Below, in pieces: positions 48,546 through 61,804 of a stretch of 64,000 nucleotides of DNA. The notes beneath the pieces were generated by a model. It searched no databases. It saw only the letters and a list, made by a program, of their open reading frames with translations, and had not been told where the DNA came from. Both the position numbers and the translations under genes were made by a program. The DNA is from Camelus ferus (Eukaryota): contig NC_045696.1 of NCBI RefSeq assembly GCF_009834535.1, positions 12,588,001 to 12,652,000 of the forward strand. The letters run 5' to 3'. Position 1 is the stretch's first letter. The number at the start of each line of letters is the position of its first letter.

Positions 48546-49554
48546 TTTAAAAATCCTATTCATTTAAATCTACATCATTCATGTGTTTATAATGTTTGCC
48601 TACACTTTTTATGTGAAGACTTTTTGATTTAAGCAAAGGTAAGTCAACAACTACATGGGAAAATCAAATACATGAGAATATTTGGGCAGTTTTTTAGCTT
48701 ATTGAATTTCTAGTAGTGGAGGATTTACCCAACAGTCCTTTAGTTTTCCACCTTTATTTTTCAATGATTTATTTTTTAAAAGCATCCCAGTTGCCTAACT
48801 CAATAGGTGAATTGTGCTTACAGTGCTTAAGGAACATGACTTTTTCTTAACCAATGATTTCTTATTTTAAAATGCCTCAGAAATGTCATTCTAGTTTTTG
48901 ATTTATTAAGTGATATGAATTCAGAGGTAGAATATGGGAAATCAGGCTAAGAGTATAGTCATCACAGCTCATGACATATGTATACTTTTCAAAATCCAGG
49001 GGGAAAAGATTGCACTAGCAAATTATCTCCTTTTCATAGAAAGTTGTGTACAAAAATTTCCAGATTTCATCATAATATCCAAATGCTTTAGAGCATGTAG
49101 GTTTAATTTACTGTTTCTGGCATTTATTTTTCCAATGTTTACAATAGTGAGTTTCTTTGCCTAGTAAAAGTGTGGGGAACCTAAAATGAAAGGAATCCAA
49201 AGCAATCCTAGATAGACAAAATACCCACGTAAATCAGCTTCTCCTCAGACACCAACATCAGAGTCTAAACTCCAAATGCAGCCCAGTTGTCTTAACACTC
49301 CCCTCTCCCAACTAGTATGCTTCCTCTTTTCAGGTTTCCATAGGCCGATCATTTTTATTCCTTATATTTAAAAGGCTGTAAATCTTAAGGAAGATATGGG
49401 CAGAGTAAAGCACAGAGAGTGAAATGCCTGAAATGTAGCTTTGGTCTGACTTGGGATTTGTTCAGTTGTTCTCTTTTCCTTAAGGATCCCCGTCTCTTCT
49501 CCATCCATTTGTTTCACTGACACCATTCAGAACCTATGCTCACATCTAACGTCT

Positions 49555-49795
49555 CAGTACAATACAGTGGGACAGGGTGTGGGCTCTGGAATCAGCGACC
49601 TCAGTTGGAATCTCTTCTGCCCCACTAAGCAGTAGCGTGATTTCATGCAAGATTCTTAAATTCTCCAAGCCTCCATTTTCTTATCTGTAAAGTGGAGCTA
49701 ACAGCACAAAGTGAGTAATCTTGAAATGATTAAACGGGTTGACCTATGTGAAAGAAACTGGTCTGTAATAGATGCTTAGTAGGTACTAGTTTCTC
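49555..49795 (+). mobile_element. Near full-length MIR
   Basis: GGGCTCTGGAATCAGCGACCTCAGTTGGAATC...GCCTCCATTTTCTTATCTGTAAAGTGGAG...GATTAAA. Confidence 0.8.
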
Positions 49796-52108
49796 TTCCC
49801 TGGGTGAAGGAATTTGGAAAGAAAAACAATGTTTTTGTCAATAAGCACATATCACTTGATCGCCACAAGCCTTTATCTAAACAATCTAAATGAAAATTCA
49901 AGGGCAAAGTACCAAAGAAAAGAGGCTAAAATATCTGTCCGAAAAAAAAAAAATCACTAAAATTCTCCGCCAACTTTCCAGTCTCAGAAGACCCACAATG
50001 CTCTTACCAAGAATTTCCACTGCCCCTCTTCCAGTTGCTAATGACAAGACCAACAGACCTGACACGTGTTTTCTGTTAGGATACAGTGATAGCGCTCAAT
50101 CTCCAGTAAAATTTTAGTATAATCAAATGTATTCAAATTAAAGCATAATTTAGTATTTTGTTTGCAAGTCAGAAGGTATTTCAAGACTTTGTCCTGTCTC
50201 TGTTTGCTAACAGGAACACTTATTAGTGGTTTATTCTGGTTATTTTCACTGTTTATCTCTTTGGAGCTAGATATTGGAACTTAATCTAGTAATACAACCT
50301 AGAGGACCAAAAAGAGACATAAACACAAATACTGGGGTAAATGAATAAAGGGATTTAGACAAACAACTGCAAAGAAGAGAATTATTCTACCTTGGAGAAT
50401 ATCACATTCTCTGTTCCCTTTTTATGGACACTTTATCCTGCAGAATTCAGGTCACCATGCTAGCCACACTCTAAAACAGTCATCTTCCTGCTTGACAATA
50501 CAGTGGAGCCAATGGGTTTAGCAGAACTTGGGGACATATCTCACATACCATCTGGGATAAAGAAAACAGGGTTTTCTTTTCATTTCCTTAGCAATTACAA
50601 ATTTACCTACTGGTATCAGCCCAAATTAAGCAGAAAATAAGGTAAAGTTCTTTTAAACATTTGGCAAGTTGTGTTTTAAGTCCTATTGACCATATCAAGA
50701 TACCTACAATCTATATCACAAATCATGTGAAACAGTAATTTTCTCTAAAAATGCTGGATTTCTTGGCCCATGTTGTAAAGAGATATTGTAAGGGACCAAT
50801 TGCAGCAGGAACTTTATAGAACATTTGTGGAATAAAATATGTGAAGAATTTCTCTAGTTTATTTCCTTTAAATGAGCCACACCATAAAAGGGGTTACAAC
50901 ATACTTTTATATATATATAAATGTCCCTGGGCCCTCTTAATTGTCAGATTGTTAGACTAGCTTTGCTGTGAAAGAACTGAAGAACTCCAGCTGGAGTCTT
51001 TACTTTCCCCGATTGTTACTGAAGGTTTGATTTAATTATCTAGCTGAGCTGCTGTGATTAGCATCGGCAAAGCTTTGCCCTATAACAACTTGAAATAGAC
51101 TTTAGGGGAAGCTCTTGGCAGTTTGGATGGACCCTCTGAAATAGAGCGTTCCACCTGGCCGCTAAGCCCAGGAATTAATGTCCATTCAGTTTTCATTCCC
51201 TCCTCCTAATGTGTTTGTGTACTGCTCACTGACAACTGTAACATGTTTGTAGTACAAACAGTACTTTGAATTGGGGGTTTAAATCTCTTTCAGGCTTTCT
51301 CATGTGGCTGGAATGTTGGCATGGCTCAGAAAACAAAGTCACTTTAAAAAAAAAAAAGAAAAAAGAAGTTGGTTCCTCCAGGAAGAGAGAGATGGCTATC
51401 GAGCTTGACAAATGCAATGTAATGTGAACAGGGCAGCAGAGCTAATTCTGTTAAGTGATTGCTATGGGCCTTTGCTTGTCTTGGACTTTCTGCCTTTTGC
51501 TGCACACAGGGTGGGCCTTGTTAAACTGCCAAGTCAACAATTTTATATCCAGAGGCTTTTGACCATTTTATATCTGAAGGCTTTGCTATTTTGTTGTGAT
51601 TTTTTAACAGCAAAGTTCAAAGTGCTCTGGGGATTTCGTTTCTGAAGCCATAATAACACTTAGCAAAGTCAGTGGATTGTTGTTTGCTGAGTGCAGGCTT
51701 AGAAATTGGGTTCTAAGAGGAAAAAAATAATAATAGAATAAAATCACTGATTTGGATATTATAGTGGGCTTTGTTCATTTCTCTTGGCTGGTACATTTTT
51801 AAAGTTTGCATTGGATCTCTGTTTCCACTGAACCATTTCAGAAACCAGAACACAAGGCTGAGTTACAAGCCAATGAGCAGCCTGGGGTTATCTTTCTGCT
51901 CCTGGGGCATTCTCCCGCTCGACCAGCTTCACGCTGTGGAGATGTGTGTTGAGCTCCTACATTACTTCATCTGTGTCAAACATAACTGAGGCACAGATCA
52001 CTTAAAAAGTAGCCCCCAAGTCCTGGGGCCTGGTGCCCTATAATCTAAAAGCGGAAACCACTGTCACTCGATGGACACAAATCAGCAAGCCTCATTCAGC
52101 ACACATTT

Positions 52109-52651
52109 TTTTTTAATTGAAGTATAGTCAGTTTACAATGTTGCATTAGTTGCTCGTTTACAGCATAGTGATTCAGTTATACATATACGTATTCCTCTTC
52201 ATATTCTTTTTCATTATAGGCTATTACAAGGTGTTGAATATATTTCCCTGTGTTCTACAGTAGACCTTGTTTTTTATTTATTTTATATATAGTAGTTGGT
52301 ATCTGCAAAATCCCAAACTCCCAATTTATCCCTCCCTACCCCTTTTCACCCTAGTAATTATGAGTTTGTTCTCTATGTCTGTGAGTCTGTTTCTGTTTTG
52401 TAAACAACTTCACTTGTCTCATTTTTTTATATTACACATATGAGTGATAGCATATGGTATTTTTCTTTCTCTTTCTGGCTTATTTCACTTAGAATGACAA
52501 TCTCCAGGTCCATCCATATTGCTGCAAATAGCATCATTTTATTCTTTTTTATGGCTGAGTAGTATTCCATTGTATAAATATACCACAACTTTATCCACTC
52601 ATTTGTCAATGGACATTTAGGTTGTTTCCATGTCTTGGATATTGTAAATAG
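52109..52651 (-). mobile_element. 5'-truncated L1 inserted into an L2 tail
   Basis: L1 3' UTR and peptide TWKQPKCP; 12-bp TSD CAGCACACATTT at 52097-52108 and 52652-52663; flanks rejoin as antisense L2 end CATTCAGCACACATTTATTAAATACC. Confidence 0.93.
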
Positions 52652-52931
52652 CAGCACACATTTATTAAATACCTGCAATACATTAGATGCTGTATTAAAC
52701 ATGTGCTACATTACTGTGCAAAAAAATTAATAAATGTAAGAGTTGAAGGTTTCTAAAAGTGACCAGATCCCCAATCAGCTCCATCAGAACCCACAGGTAA
52801 GTTTATGTACTAAGCAGTTTCCTGAGTCCTACCCCAGATCCACTTAACCAGATTGAAGGCGAGGTTAACTTTATAGTTCTAACATCTCCCCAGTGATTTG
52901 TGCAACTAAATGTTTGAAAACTATCCTAGAA

Positions 52932-53142
52932 CCATGATTCTCAAACCTGACTGAACATTGGAATCACCTGGTGAATTTAAAGCCACCAAGGACCCAGCAG
53001 ATCAACTAAATCAGACCATCTGGAGGGAGGGGGTTCCCTGGCATCAATTTTTGTTTTGTTTTTGTTTTTATTTTTGTTTTTGTTTTGTTTTTTAAGAGAT
53101 TTCTCAAGTGATTCTCATATGTAGTCAAGGCTAAGAACCAGC
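52932..53142. mobile_element. MER5A-like MITE containing (TTTTG)n
   Basis: TTCTCAAACCTGACTGAACATTGGAATCACCTGG...GTGATTCTCATATGTAGTCAAGGCTAAGAACCA. Confidence 0.8.
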
Positions 53143-53748
53143 CTGGACAGTAAGCCCTACAGGAATTCACAAGAGAGAAAAATGACTTCCAACTGGGGAG
53201 GCCAGATGCTACCTTTAGTTTCTTCTCGTATCTTGCAAGAGACGTTATGTTCTCTTTGGAAAGTGTCTGTGTATGGGTTTATTATTGTTAATAAAATGAC
53301 ATACTTAAACAGTATCCATCCAAGAAACAGAAAATTTTATAGACACCACTTAATCTCATTTATACTCAATTTATCCCCTGTAATGTAATTAGAAGAAAAA
53401 TTTATTACTGTCCCAAACACAGATAAAGCAGAAGATCAGTACTTTGCCAGAGATGACACTGCAAGTTCATTCTAAAAACCTGACTCCACTGAATTTGCTT
53501 CCCAGAAAAGTTTTTTTTTAAAGAGTCTGTAAACAGTTCTGGTTGAAATGAACCTATTCAAGTCTGAAAATTATTCAAATATACCATTAGCACATCTACA
53601 TCCCATAATAGCCTGTCTTCCTTTTGGCTTTCTTTCTTTTGGTTGTAAATGAAGGGATATCCTACAGGGTCAATAATCCTCATGTTTCTCTGTTTTCCTG
53701 TCCCCATAAGTCAACCACATCGAATACACCAGTGGACTTAGTCAGTTC

Positions 53749-53852
53749 AGGTTTTCACCTGTCCAGTTTGCCCAGAACTTTCCCAGTTTTAGTACTGAAA
53801 GCCCCATGCCCAGTAAATCGCTCAGTCCTGGGCAAACCGGGACAGTCTCTAT
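53749..53852. mobile_element. MER81-like hAT-Blackjack MITE
   Basis: TGTCCAGTTTGCCCAGAACT...TTTTAGTACTGAAAG...CTCAGTCCTGGGCAAACCGGGACAG, with long inverted arms. Confidence 0.85.
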
Positions 53853-54035
53853 CAAAAGTGGATGTAACCATGCTTTAAGGATCTGTAGAGGAATGAGTGC
53901 TTGAGGCTGGTCAGGAAGGAGATAGTCCATGCCAACAGTGGGCAGGGAGTGAGACAATAAGTAACCACCAATGTAGGTAGAATTGGCTTTAGGCCCCCAC
54001 GGTCTGGCTAGACAGGCACAGTGTACAGTCCAGTG

Positions 54036-54207
54036 CAGTGGCTCTCAATTTTGAGTGTGCATTATTATCACCTGGAGGGCTCTTTAAAACACCTCCAGAG
54101 TTCCTGATTCGGTAGGTCTAGGGTGGGGCCTGAGAATTTGAATTTCTAACAAGTTGCCGTGAGATGCTGATGCCCTTAGACACAGGACCACACTTTGAGA
54201 ACCAGTG
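54036..54207. mobile_element. MER5A MITE
   Basis: CAGTGGCTCTCAA...TCACCTGGAGGGC...GGTCTAGGGTGGGGCCTGAGAATTTG...GACCACACTTTGAGAACCA. Confidence 0.9.
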
Positions 54208-54574
54208 CTGGAAGTGCCAGGTAGGCTTCAAGTTGGGCACAGGCAACAGGTGGAATAGGGGTGGAGTCTGTCTTGGCACCAAAGAGCTAGAAGTAGACTG
54301 CACTGGGCTGAGATGCAGCCTGGGGACCAAGGTTCACATAGCAGGATCCAGGTTGTGAGGACCTAGAGTACTCGGCAGATAATCACAGCAGGACCTCCAT
54401 CATAAAGAAGTCTGACCAAGATGTTCCTGCTGGATATAAGTGCAAGGTGGGTTCTCCACCATTAATCAAGCCAAAATTCAGTGCCTGGGCAACAATGCAA
54501 GGTCACAGACTTAATGTTCATTCACTGGAGTTACTGCATTAGGAATTCTTAAAGATCCCCTAACAAGAATAAAA

Positions 54575-54677
54575 TTAGTGACCAAGCAACCTGGTTTGCC
54601 CAGGACTTTCATGATTTTCCCACTGAAGGGCCAAGGCCTGGGCAATTCCTCAGTCCTCGGACAGCTGGTCACTCTAA
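54575..54677. mobile_element. MER81-like hAT-Blackjack MITE (second copy)
   Basis: GTGACCAA...CTGGTTTGCCCAGGACT...CTCAGTCC...GGACAGCTGGTCACTCTA. Confidence 0.75.
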
Positions 54678-55881
54678 AAGTGATCCCAGGAGCCCAGAGC
54701 CCAGATCCACCTGCATCTCCTGGTCAGATGGCTGAAGCCACAAGAGAAGAAGGCTCAGGTAGGAAGAGGAGGGGCCACCTGGAGATATGGGCCCAGAGTC
54801 AGGATGGTCATTTTACCCTATGGCCTTCAAGAGAGGGACAAAGGGCACCCAGAAAAGCAATCTATAAATATTGAGATGCATTTGCTTTAAATGGTCAAGA
54901 AACGTGAAATGACTCCACAGGCCTGCAGTTTTTCTAAACTTATGAAAGTGGAAAAGTTCAACACAAACAGAGCAATCCAGACACTCCGTAAATGGAAGTC
55001 ACCCTCCCTGTCTTTTGACAATCATCACGCACACTTATGATCCCATGGTAAGTACAGCCTTAAAGGGCCCTGATATGTGCACACACACCCCAACAGGGGA
55101 AAAAAATGTAAATATTGGCAGAGTATCCGGGGTTATTTTGGGTCCCCCCCATAAAAAAATACTAAGTGAAATGGAATAAACACAGTTCAAGATGATTGAA
55201 ACACTGAAGAATATTTAAACCTGGGAAAAGAATCTCTCTGGTTGAAATGTGACTTCACCTAAGATTCTTAGAGCCATCAGCTAGCATGCAAGAGCCATTC
55301 AAATCTCTCCATGGCTGAATGTTAGCATTCCACCAGAATGGGGAGCATGAGGCCATTTCTGACAACAGCACATCCTATGAGTAATAATAGCTTTTTAAGT
55401 TGTTTTTCATGAAGGTCATCCGCATACTGCATAAAATAATTGATAACAGAAAATTTGCCAGCAGTAACAAGGACCATCACCAGGGAAAGTACCTGAACTA
55501 GCATAAAGAATCTACAGGCAAATGCTGAACTAACCCGTCTTCCCAGTGACTACGTAAATCTTGCTAAATGCTGCTCACATGGAAATAATCTTGGTCACCC
55601 TTAAAATAGTCTCTATGGTGATAAACTTCAGGCTAAGTGGATTAGGAAGAAGTGTTCCTTGATACATTGAGTCTTCATGGATTGAGAAGAATTTGAGATA
55701 ACCAGGGTCTTCCAAATGCAAGTATGTCCTTCCTGAATGAGCCACATTGTGCAATAAATTGAAACAGAAGGCTCCAAGGAAGACATCGTCACAGAGCCTT
55801 AGGGAGAGTTCAGAGCAGAGTTAAGAAGATCAAAAACCTCCCAGATAACCTGGGAGTGAATGCCAAAAGAAATAAGAGTTT

Positions 55882-55942
55882 ACTCACTCATTCAATCATT
55901 CATTCAACAAACAGTTATTAAATGACATCTATATGCCAGATC
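55882..55942 (-). mobile_element. L2 3' terminus
   Basis: CATTCAATCATTCATTCAACAAACAGTTATTAAATGACATCTATATGCCAG. Confidence 0.7.
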
Positions 55943-55947
55943 CGAGG

Positions 55948-56203
55948 TGCTTTGGACATTCATGTTTGCGTCTCCTCCAAATTCATAGGTTGAAGCCCTT
56001 AGACCCAATGTGATAGAATGAGGAGGTGAGCCCTTTAGGAGGTGATTAGGTCATGAAGGTGGAGCCTGTATGATAGGTTTAGTGCCTTTATAAGAAGAAA
56101 CACAAGTAAGCTTGCTCTTTCTCTCTGCCATGTAAGGACACAGTAGGAAGGTGGCCATCTACAAACCAAGAAGCGAGCCTTCACCAGCCACTGAATCTGC
56201 TGC
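55948..56203 (+). mobile_element. MLT1A0-like MaLR LTR (3' truncated)
   Basis: AAATTCATAGGTTGAAGCCC...GGAGGTGATTAGGTCATGAAGGTGGAGCC...GCCATGTAAGGACACAG...GAATCTGCTG. Confidence 0.88.
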
Positions 56204-58149
56204 TTTCACGCTTAGGGTACCACTGAGAAGTAGAGGGTGTAAGTGACCCTAACACCCACTAGGCTCTAAGACCTACGAGCCGAACACTCACAATAGCCAT
56301 GCCAGTTCTAAACAATACATTTGGGGGTGGAAATTGAAGCTTAAGGGTTGTTTTTGGTTTTGGTTTTGGTTTTGTTTCACATTGAGAAGCTACTGGACGC
56401 TGGCAGGAAATGTTCTGCTCATTTGGAGAAAAATCCCCAGAAACATGGCCAGCAGAGGTCCCACCTCCCAATATGGAAGCCTGAGACACAGAAGATCTGC
56501 CTTCTCCCAGTCAGAGAGTGGGTCTTTCCTCTGCCAGGATCTAAGCCAGGCTTTGCTTCCCTGAATTCTTGCCAGAGCCTGGTCCTCTATGCAAGTCTAT
56601 TAAATTCTTTTTTTAAAACCTAAGTTAACAGAGTCAAATCCTGTTATCTGAAACCAAGAATCCTGGGCATGATACATCCACACACTTCTGGAAGAAAATT
56701 TCTCCAAAATATTTTTTAATGGTGGGTAGAAGATAGAAGGAGGTGAAGGAAGAAGGCAGAGAGGAAGGGAAAATGAATATCTCATCCTTCAATGGAAAAA
56801 AAAAAACTTTTAAAAATATATTATTTTCTATTCTGATTTCTTTTGGACTCAACTTTTGGGTCCATGAGCCATCGACCAGTGATATTCAGTATATTAGCAG
56901 AAATCAATTTGTGGGGACAAGAGGGATACAAAATGATGTCATGGCTATATAAAAAAAACAGCAGGTTGATAATTCAATGTTACCAAAAAAAGCATCACCT
57001 TTCAGACAGTAACTGGCCCCTGATATCTACATGCCAAGTATTGTCAGGTTCATGCCCACGGCTGTTGGTATTCGATACCATTTTCGTTATCTGCACAAAA
57101 GTTAATGGACCAAAAAAAAAAAAAAACACTGTTTAGTTCAGATTCTCTCTCTTTTTTTAAACATAACCTGTATTGTATAATTTTTTACTAAAAAAAAAAA
57201 TTGCAAGGGGAATGGGGCTTCATTTATTAGCAAGTTGCTAAGGGGAATTTATTAACAACACTATTTCTTTTTAAGAGGGTTCTTTTATTTATGCAGCACT
57301 TCCAGACTTTAAAAGCACAATTATTGTGTTAACGCTTTTGATTTTCAGGTTTTTAGTATAAACCCAACCTAGCAAGGCACAGACACTGGGCATTTCTCCC
57401 TGGAGTCACTTTGCCTTATTATCAGGGCTGGACTTGAGTATCCTTCCCTGGAAGGGGCACAGAATCTCTCATTGTAGGACACACATTCTTGAGCCAGCAC
57501 AAAGAGGCACAGTAGTGGTTCAGGATGTGGTTTCAGCCAAAGGTGATACGATCACAAGGCTAGGTCAGGAGGAAATGACAAGCAGGAGTTGTCCTAAGTG
57601 TGTTCCCAGTACCTGGAGTCTTCCCGTCCTTTTCCCTTTCTAACTCTCGAAGAGTCTCAGGTACCACTGATGTGAATAATTAGTAATAAGAGCCGGAAGC
57701 AAAAGCTCTGGAACACTTGAGCTCTTTTGAACACAAAGTAATAACAGTAGTAAGCTCACAACCGAATCACTGAGTTGAGGGCAGACTGTATTACACCAAA
57801 GAACCTGTACCTTACTAATTGAGAAAATTGTTCTAAACTGTGTACTATACTCAGAGTTAAAAGCTCTCCAAACATCCTGCTCTACCCAAGAACCATTAAC
57901 TCTCTGATTTTCACACCTGGGTGACAAATATTCACACTCTGGATCTTTGGTCTGGCTCACTTTTCCATCATTAGAAGATTCAACATATAGTTGTGCAACA
58001 CATACAGACGACTGTGTTACTCATAATCATCCAATCACTGATTCATGCATTTGAGCAACAACTGTGAATTGAGTGGCTGCTCACAAGGAACTCAAATCCA
58101 GATTCAGCTCATATATTTTTAGTACTAATCATGCACTAGGTATTGAGTT

Positions 58150-58365
58150 CAACTCGCCTTTGTAGGCACCTATCATGTCCTAGATATGAGCTAGTTACTT
58201 TAACATGTTATCTCATTTGATCTCTGAACAACATTCATGGCAGGCATTAGCATTTTTCTTTTATAGACAGGAAACTGAGGCTCAGAAAAGTCAAGTGGCT
58301 TGTCCAAAATCAGGTAATTAGCCAAGACTTAAAATTGGTCTTCTGGCCCTAAGTCCTCTGGCTCC
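58150..58365 (-). mobile_element. MIR SINE
   Basis: TTATCTCATTTGATCTC...TTTTATAGACAGGAAACTGAGGCTCAGAAAAGTCAAGTGGCTTGTCCAA. Confidence 0.8.
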
Positions 58366-58879
58366 ATCCAATTGGTAATATTTTTCTGTCTTATGATCCT
58401 GCTCCAGATAAAGGAGTATCTGATCAGGAAGAAAGAAAATCACTTACAGTTTGATCAGGAAGAAAGGAACCACGAACTGCTGGAATCAGGTTTGCCCATG
58501 CGCTGATACTAGGTCAGGAAAACACCAACCCCAGAGACACAGGATTCAACATCAAATCTTTTCAGTTCTTGGGAGCATGGTGTCCAAAGGCTACTACTTT
58601 TAACTACAGCAGAGACACATAAATAAATGGAGGTGACATAGTCCAGCAATGGCAGAATTTCAAGATTTTTCTAAGTGACTCCTAACAACTTATCCAAGAC
58701 TGAGAATGATTTACCAGGTGCATCCCCGCACCATAATCAAAAAGAAACCATTTCCCAACTAAACAAGGATGAATTAAATTATATCTCTTTTTTGGCTCCA
58801 CCATTTTGAAATTTCTAACTCACTGAGGTTGTTTTTAATTTTAACTTTTTTTTTAATTTGTGGAAACAGGTTATATACA

Positions 58880-59060
58880 CATTCAGCTAAGAGCATAGGT
58901 TCTGAAATTAGGCTGCCTGATTCAAACACTGGCTCAAGTTACCTACCAGCTATGGAAATAAGCATATTGCTTTCCTAGAATTCAGTTTCCTCGTCCATAA
59001 AATGGGCATAAAATGCTTAGAACAAAATCTGGAATATACTAAGTGCTAAATAAATGCATG
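58880..59060 (+). mobile_element. MIR SINE
   Basis: TAAGAGCATAGGTTCTGAAATTAGGCTGCCTGATTCAAA...TCAGTTTCCTCGTCCATAAAATGGG. Confidence 0.75.
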
Positions 59061-59169
59061 CCTTTTTAAAAAAAATGTGAGTAGTATAAAGGAATGTACC
59101 ATTAAATCCACCCATGTCCTCCAGTTTCTCAGTTCTCCTTTCCTAGGATAACCTCTAGTATCAGTTTAG

Positions 59170-59240
59170 ACAGAGAGAGAGAGAGAGAAGGGGGGAGAGA
59201 GAGAGAGAGAGATGGGTAAAGATAGAGATAGATATATAGA
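59170..59240. repeat. (GA)n / (GATA)-like microsatellite
   Basis: Two GA runs separated by a G tract. Confidence 0.85.
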
Positions 59241-59274
59241 GCTAATCTATGTACACATAGATATTCTAACTATA

Positions 59275-59725
59275 GAGGCATACCTAATTTTATTATGCTT
59301 TGACTTATTGTGCTTTGCAGATATTGCATTTTTTACAAATTGAAGGTTTGTGGCAATTGGGTGTCGAGCAAGTCTATTGGCACCATTTTTCCAACATTTG
59401 CTCACTTTTTGTCTGTGTCACATTTTGGCAATTCTCACAATGTTTCGAACTTTTCACTATTATTCTATGTGTTACAGTGACCTGTGATCATTGATGTTGC
59501 TGAAGGCTCAGATGATGGTTAGCACTTTTTAGCAATAAAGTATTTTTTAATTAAGGTATGCACATTATGTTCTTAGACATAATGCTATTGCACACTTAAT
59601 AGATTACAGTGTAAACATAATTTTCTATGCACTGGGAAACAAAAAAAATGTGTGTATGACTCACTTCATTGCTATATTTGCTTTATTGCAGTGGTCCAAC
59701 CTGCAATACCTCTGAGGTATGCCTG
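59275..59725 (+). mobile_element. Non-autonomous internally deleted Tigger1 (second copy)
   Basis: TA|GAGGCATACCT...TCTGAGGTATGCCTG|TA with TA TSD; same internal deletion region as 13179-13665. Confidence 0.92.
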
Positions 59726-59799
59726 TATGCGATCACAGATGCACACACATACATATAATTATGTATGCACACTTATATATAATGTATATAAAATGTCCA

Positions 59800-60340
59800 T
59801 ACATGTTTTACTTTTTTCACAAACATAAGCACACCATACACATGTTGATTTTCTCCTTAATATTTATGGAGATATTTCTATATTGACACATGTAGATCTG
59901 CCACATTCTTCTACAAATCATGCAGTAATATTCTGTTTTATGGCTATGCTATCATTTATTTAGCCAGGTTCCTGCTGGCAGACATTCATGGTGTTTCCAA
60001 TATTTTGCTACCTCAAGAAAAATGTTGAAATGAACATCCTTGTACATACATGTGAGAGTTTGTCTGTAGAAAAATTCCAGAAGAGTGAATTTTGGGTTGA
60101 AGATTCTGTGTATTTTAAATTTTTGTGGATATTGCCAACTGCTTTCCAAATAAGTTGAACATGTTTATATTCCCACCAGCAGAACATGAGAGTCTTTTTT
60201 TCCCCATATGTTCATCGAGATGCACTTTTCAGTGCCAAACTAATGGGAGAATTCTAATGACATCTTACTGTAATTTGAATTTGCATTTATCCTATGAGTG
60301 AATCTGGTGTATTTCCAATGTTTACATATTTTAATTTCCT
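59800..60340 (-). mobile_element. Ancient L1ME 3' region
   Basis: GGTGTTTCCAATATTTTGCTA...TGAACATCCTTGTACATA...ATATTGCCAACTGCTTTCCAAA...TTCCCACCAGCAG. Confidence 0.75.
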
Positions 60341-61660
60341 TTTCAAAATTGGCTTTAGGTCACCTCACTTGCTCCAAAGATGGTTATTGATAATTGGATT
60401 CTGTTTCTGAAGACTTAAGCTAGTTCTCCTGTAGATTATTTTTCAGTGGTTGAAATTGGCAATATATGCTTCTTTGAGATTCAGTGCTGCGGAGCATAAA
60501 ACTCATGGCATTTGTCAAAGAAAAATGTATCAATACCTACATTTTTCATCACTATGGTGAGGAGTTGGAGGTGAGGAGGAAGAAATCTACACCTATGTCA
60601 TACTACCTCAAAGCAGGCTTGCCAAAATGTTGATTTGATATTGTAAAACCATAAAGAGAAATTCTCCAACCCACACGTTGGTCCAAAACCTGAGTTAAAA
60701 ATACTTCTGAATAGGAATATGGATTCGAGAATTGCCAGATCTAAATGGTAAAACCTCTCTGAGGTGAAAGTCTGCTGAGTTCTCAAATACCTTAGATAAT
60801 TAATGGACAGAAAGCAAAAGAACATCCCTAGTTTTTCTTCCATAGAAGACCTTCTGAGGTTGATGCTGGCAGCACACATACCCGAGGAAATTCCTTGTTT
60901 TCATTCTTTATATTCCTTGAAAAGCATCCCATTGTCCCATTTTAATTTTCAATAGAGATTTTCTAAACACAGTCAGTAAAAGAACATGAAGTGAACAATT
61001 GCTATATAAATGTAAGAAGAAAAATTTCTCATCTGTCTGAAACAGTTTCTAATATTAAAAGTAAATCCTTTATTTTTATTTTTCCATTAGCTATTAAAAA
61101 TAAAACAAAGTGTATATTCATGTGCTCTATTTAGGGTATTATAGGTATGACTGTTTAGAAAAAAACATTTTAAAAATCTGTTGCTTATTTGTTTTATGTA
61201 ACACCTACTTCCAAAAATGTGAGATTATAAAGCAATATGAAAAACTTGTGTGTGTGTATATGTATATGTATCATGTACATGTACATATACATACATGATA
61301 CATATACATTCACAAATATCACAAAGTCTATATCCTCCAAAATGGTTGATTTGACAGGCTTTGCTTGCCTAAGCTCCTCATCGGGAATTTTATTCATAAT
61401 TTCATGCAATTTTAAATATCTTTAACAGTGGCTGATATCCATCCTCTGTAAGTGGAAAAAGGATAGTTTCCTCCAGCTGCCCATCGTCTTTCTCTACACT
61501 CCTCACTTTAGCCTCACCTTCCATATAAACCCTGACCATGTACTCCTACATAGAAATGTACATGGAAACATGTCCATATGTATGAGTATTGTTGGCTATT
61601 TTACAACAAGGGATCCTACAATGTCTATGTCTTGCTCTCCTCACTCAAAAATACCTTGTG

Positions 61661-61804
61661 GACTAAGTCTGCGTGTCTGTTTCTGTTTTGTAGATGAGTT
61701 CATAGTGTCCTTTTTTTTATTTTAAGATTTCACATATGAGTGATATCATATGGTATTTTTCTTTCTCCTTCTGGCTTACTTCACTTACTTTACTTCAATA
61801 AAAA
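61661..61804 (+). mobile_element. Tiny twin-primed young L1 insertion
   Basis: TSD AAAAATA(C/T)CTTGTG at 61647-61660 and 61805-61818; antisense L1 3' UTR ~61666-61786, then sense terminus ACTTTACTTCAATA plus poly-A. Confidence 0.8.

Noticed and set aside
60595..60612. let-7-like sequence (minus strand TGAGGTAGTA)
   Set aside because: Only 10 nt match, 3' half diverges and no precursor hairpin is visible.
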